Assembly: GCA_965240325.2 (NCBI GenBank)
Contig: OZ251251.1
Coordinates: 496,001-560,000, forward strand
Length of the DNA: 64,000 nucleotides
Direction: 5' to 3'
From: Rebecca billardiae RCC1528
Taxonomy: Eukaryota; Protista; Haptophyta
Below the pieces are notes generated by a model, which saw only the letters and a program-made list of their open reading frames with translations, was not told where the DNA came from and searched no databases. Positions 1 to 9,879 of the stretch are shown here, piece by piece (within the stretch, counting starts at the first letter, position 1; every line of letters starts with the position of its first letter). The position numbers were made by a program, and so were the translations under genes.

Positions 1-1671
1 GCGTCGCTGGGCCCGGCGGCCCGGCTGAGGTGCGTGGCGCGACCGTGCGATTATCGGGGCGCCTCGTACGCGCTTTGTCGGGGGGGGCAAGGCGCGCCGC
101 CGCGCAGCACACGCCTGTGCGGGCGCGCCGAGAGTCACTCAGCGGCGGCTCGCGCGCGAGCGGAGGGGGCGTAGCCCATCGTTATCAACCGTCCGGGGCC
201 CGGTGGCATCCTCCTTCTTCCCGGCCAACGGGCTCCCAAGCTGGTGGGGGCCGCGCTGCAGGCGGCTGATTTAGTGCCGCAGCCTCAGAGGTGTAATGCT
301 TGCTTGCGGTGGGGCGTCCAGGGCGTGTTGATTGGTGATACAACAGTGTCGCCCTGCGCCACGCCCACGCTCCGTCCGGCGCCGTGCTCACGCAGAGACC
401 GTGCGCCGCACACGGTGCCGCACACAATGCGGCGCTCGGCCTCTACGCGGTTGATGTGGCCCGTCACTAGGTCGGTGCGCACTGTTACACTGGGACCGCA
501 AACTGCCGCAGTCACTAGTGTGAGTCAGCGAGGCGACGTGACTACGTCTCAGGATACTGATGCGCATGCGCATATATATAATGCAGCGGCTTACCCAGCC
601 CCAGCATGGGGACCGTGCGAGTGATACCGTGATGACGTAGCATATATCATAAGACGGCTAGCCACTCTGGCGTCACTGTGTGACAGTCCGTGCTCATTAT
701 ATATAAAATTTAAAATAAGAATAAGAATATATATATACGCACATATATATTGAATATATAATAAGCAGTAATATATTGATAGTTAGTACGTGATACAGCA
801 GCAGTGATGATACTATGATGACTAGTCATCAATATGAGTACGTCGTACTACATGCATGCTGCCGTTACCGCGCCGTCTCAATTCAGTCAAATTATATACG
901 CCGTACTGCAGGCAGACAGAGTGCAGGGGGGTCCAAGTGAAGTTTCCCACTTCCGGGAAAGGAAGCCATGTCGATCCCACGGCGATCCAAGGCCCCAGCG
1001 CCACGGCCGGGTCACCGGGGCGTGGCGTAGGCAGGTTGGTGCGGTCCTACGAGCGCATGGGCGTGAGTGTAACAGCTTCCTCAGTCAATAGTTGATTGCG
1101 CGGTAGTCGTGCGACCGCCGTCCGACACGGCTGCCGTGCGAATAGGATAGCGAGCTGATCAGGACTAGTGACAACCTTCGGTCTGGGACCACGCCACGCC
1201 ATTTGGCGACCTCGGCACCGCTCATTGCTCAATGATGCCCGTCCAGAGGCACGGACGTGCCGCACTTAACCTGGCCAGCCTGGCTAACTGGCTCCACCCG
1301 GCCACTAAGTAGTAAGTGGGGCCCGCCCCGCTGCCACCTGGACCCCTCTGTAGCCTTCGGATACTGGTAGTATATCGCGCGTATAGCTACTATGCTACTG
1401 ACTCAGAATATAAGGATGTCATATCGTCATCAGCAGACGCCTATATATTCGGTATACGGTGGCCGGCCTGCGCCCGGATGGTCAGCAGCGTGGTGACCTA
1501 CGTCGATCGCTCAGCTGCCGGAGCGGGGGTGCGCGCCGTCTCGCGCCGCAGTCCGGGCGCGTGGGAGAGCCCGCCACCGACGCCGGGCCCGGGAGCGCGC
1601 CGCGCTTGAGCAGCGCGAGCGGAGCCGCACCCACCACGCCCGCCGCGCGTGCCACTGTGCGGTGCGCGCCG

Positions 1672-2286
1672 TCACGCCGGGAGCGCGCCGCGCTTGAGCA
1701 GCACGAACGTCCCCTTGTCCTCGGTGCCGCGCACCTCTCCCCACGCGATCGCCTTTGCAAAGTCCCAGCGCTTCACCTTGCGCGCGGCGGCGTTGCGCTT
1801 GACGCGGCCGGAGATGGCGAGCGAGCCGGGCTCGCCGCCGGGGCCCACGTCGCCCTCGAACACCAGCTCGTCGCCCGACTTCTTCGAGAGCATCGACGCG
1901 CGCACCGCGCGCACGAGCGCGCCGCCGTCCGAGCTGGCCGCCGCGACCGACTTGGCGCCGAGCGGCGCCCACTTGCCCCCGCGCCAGATCTCGGAGGGCG
2001 GCGCGTACTTGACGCCACCGGAGCCGTCGAGCGTCAGCGTCGCGCCGACGAACGGGCCCGAGAGCATCTCCCACGTGCCGACGAGCGCGGCAGTCGGCGC
2101 GCCCTCTGCCGCCGGCGCGGCGGCGCCGTCCATCCGAGCGGCGGGGGGCGCGGCGCAGCGCGCGCCGGGCGCCGGCGCGCGGGCGGATGGGTGCCAGGCC
2201 CACGCCGCCGGCACGGGCACGGCGACCAGCGCGAGCGCGAGCGCGCGCGGTACGCGCGCGCGCGGCGTCCACGCGGCGGAGCGCAT
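1672..2286 (-). CDS. Unknown protein with signal peptide plus transit-like leader (putatively plastid-targeted)
   Basis: gccgccATG at 2286. Hydrophobic leader ALALALVAVPVPAAWA|W, then Arg/Ala/Pro-rich segment ending AARM. Globular-looking core (LVGTWEMLSGPF...KGTFVLLKR). Upstream ATG at 2307 is possible. Confidence 0.75.
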   Translation of the reverse strand: MRSAAWTPRARVPRALALALVAVPVPAAWAWHPSARAPAPGARCAAPPAARMDGAAAPAAEGAPTAALVGTWEMLSGPFVGATLTLDGSGGVKYAPPSEIWRGGKWAPLGAKSVAAASSDGGALVRAVRASMLSKKSGDELVFEGDVGPGGEPGSLAISGRVKRNAAARKVKRWDFAKAIAWGEVRGTEDKGTFVLLKRGALPA

Positions 2287-2991
2287 GGCGGCGGCTCGTT
2301 GCGTCATCGTCGGCGAAAATTACGTCCGGCCGCGGCTTCAGGACTCACTTGTGCATCCGGACGCACGCAAACGCTGAACTAGCTGCCCGTCGCTGCCCGC
2401 GCGCGCGCGGCGCGCGGGCCGGGGCGCGGCCCCACCCAACGCGGTGGTGCGAGGCGCGAGCACCCGCCCTAGAGGGCCACGAACCCGATCGGATCGGTGA
2501 AGACGCCGGGCCGGCTCGTCCCGACCCGCCGTCCAGCACTCCGACGCCGGGCCACGAGTGGCCGCGCGTGCTCAGGCAGGCGGAGTCGGACGTGGCCTCG
2601 GTTCGCAGACCATCGTCACTCGGCTCGCGGGCTGCATGCGCGCGCTCGAGGGCCATGGTGCGTGAGCCGCACCGCGCGCTGCGCCACGCTCAGCACGCGC
2701 CCGGCCCACGCGATGCTCTCCGCGGAGCGAGGGACCCGTACCGCCCGTCCGCCATGGCAGGCACGCCGGCCGGCAGCAGTGCTGCCGGCCGCGTGCCGCA
2801 CTGTCTGTCTGCCTGCGCACGCCGTGAATGAATGAATGCTGCCATGGTCGACCGCCGCCGTTTCCTCGAGTGCGCCGGCCGCCTGTACCGCGCAGGGGAC
2901 CCGGTCGCGGTAAGGCGTAAGACTAAGCCGCCGTCGCCGCATGCGGCATGATGGTGTGCAGGCCTGCTTGCTCTCTTGGCGGCCGTCGCCA

Positions 2992-3064
2992 GCGCGGGCG
3001 CGCGCTCGCCCGGGCTGCTGGTTGAACGCGCGCGCGCCCGCCTGCTATGTGTGCCGGCCCCGCG
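2992..3064 (+). repeat. Left copy of ~72-bp direct repeat flanking the 3065-5950 element
   Basis: gcgcgggcgcgcgctcgcccgggctgctggttgaacg...gtgtgccggccccgcg recurs at 5952-6022 with one 2-bp indel and 2 substitutions. Confidence 0.9.
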
Positions 3065-3499
3065 CCTCAAAGATGTGCGGGTGCCTTTTCCGGCCACGTT
3101 CCACGAGATTTTCTTAAAACTGCACTAGCAACCGACGGCCAATCAACGCCCGGCCTGCACCAGGGGCGGTGGAGGGCATGAATAGGTTTTTGAGCAACCG
3201 CCGAGCCTGGTTGAGTCGCTCCGTTCCGGCTGAGCGCCGGTCGAACGGCCCCTCGCGGTTTGTCGAAGTCATGGACGGAGCGGGGAGCTCCCGCCGGCCA
3301 CCGCGCCGGAGCTCGTCACCGCCGCCACGCGGGGAGGACGATTGCGGAATGTCGGCGTCATCTGGCGCGGCATCAATATCGGAATCGGAGACCATGTCGT
3401 CGTGCAGTGGCTGCAGAAGAACGGCAGGCCTTCGGAGCGCGCCGGGCTCGCGCAGGTGCGCCGCGTCGTCAAGAAGTCGTCGCGGGGTCAGTGACCCTC

Positions 3500-4755
3500 A
3501 TGGACCTTGCGGAGTTCATCGCGCGCGGGGGCGCACTGGACTTCTTCGTGAATGCATGGACCGCGTTCAAGCGCCCGAGGTGCGCCGCCCCGCCCGCGAT
3601 CCCTCCCTGCGCGCGCATACCCGCGGCGCGCCAACACCGCGTGTCGTCGTCCGCCCCGTCGTCTGTGATGCCAGGCAGGGCGAGTCCGAGCCGCAGCCGT
3701 TCAAGGCCAAGCGCAACGTGCTGCATGTGGCGAACATGAATCTGACCGAGCCACCCGAGGAGGTCATCGCGCAGCTCCCGACCGCCCGCATGCCATTCGA
3801 GTTCGGTGTCGGCCTGAAGGCCTGGAAGCAGCCGGACGGCGGCATCGTGCTGCCGACGACGACAGGGGCTGCGGAGGACGGGCAGCAGCGCGGCTACCCG
3901 CTGCGGCCGTGCTTGCTCGGGGAGGCGGACGAGCACGTGCTCGATCTCGGTACGATCGGATCCCGCTGCGCGCGCGCCGTGCCCGCTCCCCCCCGCCGCC
4001 CGTGTTGACGCGCGTCCTGCGCGCGTGCCCGCGCGCGCCGCGCAGGGCGCGATGAGATTGGCATCGCCGCGGACGCCGATCTGGTTGCGGCGTGCGTCGA
4101 GTCCGAGCGCCGTGTCGCGGGCTGCCTCGCCGGCAGTAAGGTGTATCGCCACGTCACCATCGTCGCCATCGAGCACGGCGCGAAGCTGTACCGCCCGCCG
4201 GCGGAGGCTGTGCACAACCTCGTCGCGCGGTACCGTGAGTTCCTGTGGCGGGAGCCGATGCACATTCGCGTCCGCCAGCAGCAGCAGGCGGCGATCTTCG
4301 ATCGGCTGCTCACGCGCGTCGTCGCGCACTGCCGAGGCTTGCACGCAGCCGAGCGCGCATCGGTCCAGGTCGATGCCACCGCGTACGATGCTGCCGTCAT
4401 CGACCTCTTCGCCGAGGACCGCCTGGGCCGCTGGCTGCGCGGCCGGTACGAGCTCGAGCTCGCATCTCACGCGAGCTTGCCGCTCGCCCCCGGCTGGCCC
4501 TTCTTCTCGATCGCTCCGCTGAACGGCAACGCGTCGGACAACTACGCCGAGATCTTCTCTCCCGCCACGACGCTCGCCGAGAGCCCGCACCAGCTCGTCC
4601 TGTTCACCGACTTCCAGTCGGTCATCGGCCTGCGCTTCACCTGGCGTAAGTGGAAGGATGTCACAGCGACCGGCGGGACAATCATCGGCGGCTCGCCGCC
4701 GCCGACCGCGGGCTACCATCCGAATAGTGGGCGGGGATGTACGTACGGCTGGTAG
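3500..4755 (+). CDS. Three-exon orphan protein (~354 aa) inside the TIR element; N-terminus may extend upstream
   Basis: Exons 3500-3579, 3675-3949, 4046-4755 join in frame across GT-AG introns of 95 and 96 nt (MDLAEFIARGG...FKRPRQGESEP...VLDLGRDEIG...CTYGW*). No motif recognised. Confidence 0.7.
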
Positions 4756-5853
4756 GCATGACGTAGTCAGTCACGGCTCAGCACTCCAGTCGCACTATCC
4801 CGCATTGGCGCCATATTCGTTCGTGATACTCGTCAGTCTTATTCGTCGGATGAGGCCCGCGCTCGCGGGCCGCGCGGCGGCGCGGGCCGCGCGGGCTGCG
4901 CGGGCCCGACGCGTGCCACCGCCACCGGCCACTGTGGCAGCGCGCGGCGGCGCGGGCCGGATACGGTCGTGCCAGGCTCCGGTTCGGGCGGGCGGCCGGC
5001 TTAGACCCCCCTGCAAGCCCGGCGACGCCACTGCGGGTCACGCTCAGGGACGGCGGCAGAGCCGGCCCACTGACTGGTCTCGCCGCCCGCGGGTGCGCAA
5101 CCGTGACCGTCAGTTCCGCGCGGGCACCAGAACTGCGGAGCACGGCCGCGGCGGCGCGGCCGAGTCGCTGTTACTGGCTGCTCGCGATTGGGATGCAGCA
5201 GCTCTACCAGCGACCAGCCACTTGAAGCATGTACACACTCACCAAGCCTTGCCGCGCGGCAGTCACGTTTGCCCGCCCACGCGTGGCCCGTGGCCGTGCC
5301 CGTGGGGCGACCGGCTCAGGCAGCGCAGCGGGGCGGCTCGCGCTCCCTGACTGTCGTTGCGAGCTAGCACTTCTGTGGTCTCCCTGCTTCCTCTCGAGAC
5401 CTTGCCCGCTCCTTCAGACGTGCTCGCGCAGCACCCGTGTCGCGAAAGCTCTCGGGCTCGCGCTTGGATGGCGCATCGCATTCGTGTCGGCTGCCCGCGT
5501 GCAGTACAGCCCACGCGAGGCGCAGCCACGGCCCCTTGTCGAGAGGCTCGGATACCCCTGGGATGGCCCAACGACCCCGCTGCCGCCGCGGCCACGGCGG
5601 GCGCGCGCCAACGCTCGCCTCCCCGAGTCGCCGCCCCGGCAGCCGGGGCGCGGCGGCCCCGGGCCGCCCGCAACCAGACCGGGCTCAGAACGCGTATTAC
5701 CGGTTTGGCGGCCGTAGGTAGAGGGCCCACCCCTTGCCCTCGCGAGTCCAGGATTTGATGCAAGACCGCCAGACCAAGGGCCGTGGCCAGACGAGAGGAT
5801 AGGGATTTCGTGCAAGACGGCGCCTAGTCGTGAGGAGCCTTGATTGAAGAAAA

Positions 5854-5879
5854 AGTTTAGTCAGTCGACTGACTAAACT
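5854..5879. repeat. Perfect 26-bp palindrome
   Basis: agtttagtcagtcgactgactaaact equals its own reverse complement. Confidence 0.9.
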
Positions 5880-5951
5880 CATCTCCCCTACAAATGTTCA
5901 GGAGATCAAGGCTAGAAGCGTCCAGAAACGGCACCCGCACATCTTTGAGGT

Positions 5952-6022
5952 GCGCGGGCGCGCGCTCGCCCGGGCTGCTGGTTGAACGCGCGCGCGCCCC
6001 TGCTCCGTGTGCCGGCCCCGCG
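5952..6022 (+). repeat. Right copy of ~72-bp direct repeat
   Basis: Matches 2992-3064. Confidence 0.9.
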
Positions 6023-6359
6023 CGCAGCCGTCGCGCCGCCACCGGGCCCGGCGGCCACGTCCGCCGGCGCCGCCGCCGCCCGGCGCCGGCGCCACCGCCG
6101 CCCGGCGCCGGCGCCGCCGCCGGTGGATGGAGGCGCCTGGCGCCACGGCGGCGCCCGGCGCCACGGCGGCGCCCGGCGCCACGGCGGCGCCGAGCCGCGC
6201 CGCATCGCCGAGCCGCGCGCCGCATGCCGTGCCGAAGCGCATGCCGTGCCAAGCCAGGCTGCCAGCGCCGAACCGCCGCGTCCCGCGCGGCAGGCAGGGC
6301 CGCAATGCTCACGAGCGCGCGCGCAGGGCAAAAAAGCACAGGCGCGGAAGGCAAAACAA

Positions 6360-6433
6360 TTGTCCCTGGCCGGCTCGAACGGCCGACCTCGCGATTAACA
6401 GTCGCACGCTCTGACCAACTGAGCTAAGGGACA
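6360..6433 (-). tRNA. tRNA-Asn(GTT)
   Basis: Cloverleaf: acceptor TGTCCCT/AGGGACA, D arm GCTC-AGTTGGTCA-GAGC, anticodon arm TGCGA-CTGTTAA-TCGCG, T arm GGCCG-TTCGAGC-CGGCC. T4 and T6 runs downstream fit Pol III termination. Confidence 0.95.
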
Positions 6434-7109
6434 CGTACGTCGGTGCAGCTAGTTGGTGCGTAGTGATAGCCTCGGACGGCGCATTTGCTCTAATTCCGAC
6501 GCGCCCTCAAACTCATGTGTCACGAGCAAGCTTAAGACGCGCTTGGTCGGTGCGCATGTCCATCACGCAAGCGGCCGACGTGATCGAGTGCGCAGATGCG
6601 GTGCGTGAGGTGAGATTATTAGTGAGTTACGGCTACGACATCACGGGTGGCACCCTGACTCAAGGCTCGGGGACTGGCGGTCTGCTCAGGCCTCAGTCGG
6701 CGGAGTGCGGACGCGGTTAGTCGCGGGCCGCCGCCGGCGGCATTAGTGCACTCGGACCGCGCGCGTGCAGTGATGACGACACCGGGGCGCATATTCCGCA
6801 TGCCAGTAGGCCCAGTGGCAGATGGCTAAGCCGGCGGGCCCTGATGACGGTGACAAGTGCTACTACTCAGCCTACTGACAGCATCGGACAGTCGACCCGC
6901 GTGTCTAGTTAGCTGAGCAGGCTGTGCCTCCGAGTGACGACATCATCAAGACGGGCCAAGGGGTTGACCCCCTTGGACGGGCCTGGCGCCCGGGCCGGCA
7001 GGCCGATCCGGATCGGGATGGGCTCACTAATGACTAATCACTCCGCTCAGGACTCACTCACGTCCACGCATGAGCGGCGAGCGTCGTCATCACGCGGCCG
7101 CCAGCCACC

Positions 7110-9171
7110 ATGCGGTCGGCCGCCCTGCGCCTGGCGGTAGCGGCCGTGCTGCTCGCGCAGCTCGCGCCACCGTGCAGCGCCTACCGCGCCGCGCGCGTGC
7201 GCACCACCGGCCCGCACCGCACCGGACCGCACCCGGCCGCCGCGCCGGCCGACCCGGACTCCGAGCTGGTTGAGCTCGCGCGCGCGAGCGCCGCCGGCGG
7301 CGCGGCGGCGTCGGTGCGTGGGCTGGCGTGGGCGCGCGACGGGCTCGGCACGTGGCGGCGCGCGCTTTCACGCGGGCTCGTGCCCTCCACGCTCCCCGCC
7401 CCGCTTGCTCCCCTACTCGTCACCACCGCCGTCTCCGAAGCCGTGGCGGCGGACGCCGCCGCCGCCGCCGCCGCCGCAACTGACTGCTGGCCTGGCGAGC
7501 CGCTGCGCTCGGCGCTCGAGGGCGCGTGCGAGGAGCTGGCGCTGCCGCCGCTGTGCCGGCGGCACCCCGCACTGATCGGCGTCGTGCTGCGCTCGCTCGT
7601 CCGCCTGGCCGAGGCGTACCAGGCGGCCGTACGCGACAGCGACGCCGACGACGACGACGGCGGCGGCGGCGGCGGCGGCGGCGCGGCGCGGCGCGCGCGC
7701 GCGGCGGAGCGGACACGCGCCGCGGCGGTCGAGGCGTGGCGGGAGCGCGCGCGCGGGCTGACCGAGCTCGACGCCGCGCTCGGCGGCCGCCTGCCCCCCG
7801 CGGCGCTCCCGAGCCTCGCGGACGTCGACGCGGACGGCGGCGGCGCGGAGGCGGCGGGCGGCGGCGGCGGCGGCGAGGGCGGCGGCGGCGCGGCGGCGGC
7901 GGCGGCGGGCGCGGCGGCGGCGTCCGCGGGGACGCTCGAGCCCGGCGCGGGGCAGGGCGCGTGGCACGCGCCCGAGGGCGCGTGGCGCGCGCTCGCCGCC
8001 GCGCGCGCGCGCGTCGAGGCCCTGCCCGAGCTCCGAGCCTTCATGGCTCACGTGGGCCGGCGCGCGGCGCCGGCCGGGCGGCGGCGCGCGCGGCTCGCGC
8101 GCGGGGTGCGCTCGGCGCCGCCCGCCGCGGCCGGGGTGGCGTTGGAGGTGCGCGCGCCGCCGTGCGACGCGGGCGGGCTCTCGCGCGGCGCCGACGCCGC
8201 GCGCGCCCTCGCCTCCGAGCGCGCGCTCCTCGCCGGCGGGCCGCGCGCCCGCCGCCTCTTCTTTGCGCGATGCGCATCGGCCGAAATTGCTTCGCACGCG
8301 ATGGTGGGATGGGGCGCGCCGCCGGCGCGCCCGCCGCGCCGCGCGCGCGCGCCACGGCGCGCGCCGGTGGCGGAGGGCGCGGGCGCGCTCTTCGTGTGCG
8401 TCGACACCTCCGCCTCGATGGCCGGCCCGCGCGAGGCCATCGCCAAGGCCGCCGTCCTCGGCGCCGCGCGCGCGGCCGCGCGCGAGCGGCGCGCGCTGCA
8501 GGTGCTGGCCTTTGGCGGTCCGGGCGAGCTGGCGCTCTTCGGCGAAAGTCCGGGGAGTCCGGGGAGTCCGGGTAACCCGGGGGGTCCGGACGGGCCCGGT
8601 CCGGGGCAGGACCTGCTCGGCGGGCCGGACGGGCTGCGCCGGCTGCTCGCCTTCCTCCACGGCTCCTTTGGCGGCGGCACCGACGTGGCGGGCGCGGTGC
8701 GCCGCGGGCTTGATTCGATCGAGGCGGCGGCGGCGCGGCCCGGCGGCGGCGGTGGCGCCGGCTCGGGCGGCGGCAGCGGCGGCGGCGGCGGTTTGGGTGG
8801 CGGCGGCGGCTCAGGCGGCGGGTATGGCGGGATGGACCTGGTGCTGGTGTCGGACGGCGAGGTGCGCTCGCCGCCGGCGGACCCGCGCACGCTGGCCCGC
8901 CTCCGCGCGCTGCGCGAGCGCGCCGGCGTGCGTGCACACGCACTGCTTGTCTGTAGCCGCGAGGAGGCGGCGGCGCGCGCCGCGCGGCTCGAGCCGCTTG
9001 TGGGGTGCGGCGCGGACGGCGGCGGCGTGCGCACGTTCCTGTGCGACGCGCTTGACGCGGCGTACGCGCCGTCGCGCGCGGGCGCGCGCGGGGACCGCGC
9101 CGCCGCGCCCATCACGCGCGCCACCGCGCGGCGCAGCGCATCCGCGCTGCGCATGGCCGCCGCCGCCGGCG

Positions 9172-9237
<66 letters not shown>

Positions 9238-9845
9238 ACGACGCGGCCGCGCTCGCGCGGCTGCGCGCGCTTGCGCCGGCGCTGCACCGCGCGCGCGCGC
9301 AGCTGAGCGCGGGCCTGCTCGAGCGCGAGTCGCAGTGCGGCATCCTCCTCCTCGCCGCGCTGTGCGCCGAGCACGTGTTGTTGCTAGGGCCGCCCGGCAC
9401 GGCAAAGTCTGAACTCGCGCGCCGGCTGGGCGCGGCGGTGGGCGGGAAGCAATTTGAGACGCTGCTCTCGAGGTTCTCGCCGCCGGACGAGCTGTTCGGC
9501 CCGCTCTCGCTCGCGGCGCTCGAGGCGGACCGGTACGAGCGCGCGACGCGCGGCTTCCTGCCCACCGCGACCGTCGCGTTTCTGGACGAAGTATTTAAAG
9601 CGAACGCCGCCGTGTTAAACTCGCTACTAGGCGTCTTGAACGAGCGAACATTCTCAAATGGCGGGCCCACGCCTGAGCGCGTGCCGCTGCGCACGTGCGT
9701 CGGCGCGAGCAACGAGCTGCCCGAGGGCGAGGAGCTCGACGCGCTGTGGGACCGCTTCCTCTTCCGCCTCGCCGTCCCGCCGCTCGGCGACGACGCGCTG
9801 CGGCAGCTGATCGGCGCCGCGCCGCCGCCGGGCGCGGCGCCGGGC

Positions 9846-9879
<34 letters not shown>

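Larger units (their letters stand above)
3065..5950. mobile_element. 2.9-kb TIR-bounded putative DNA transposon carrying an orphan gene
   Basis: Perfect 21-bp inverted termini CCTCAAAGATGTGCGGGTGCC (3065-3085 / 5930-5950), imperfectly extending a few more bp, bracketed by ~72-bp direct repeats. Confidence 0.8.

Noticed and set aside
690-830. AT-rich island as origin or centromere
   Set aside because: Similar short TA-rich patches occur in several intergenic gaps (~40600, ~50130, ~59560); no specific evidence.
3500-3579. piggyBac assignment from CC termini and a VNAW word
   Set aside because: No TTAA TSD and no catalytic DDD region visible.
9300-9800. CbbQ/CbbX Rubisco activase call for the AAA+ domain
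   Set aside because: Motifs (RFS.P.ELFGPLS, DEVFKA, ASNELP, SDRR) fit the RavA subfamily; Rubisco as substrate is unsupported.
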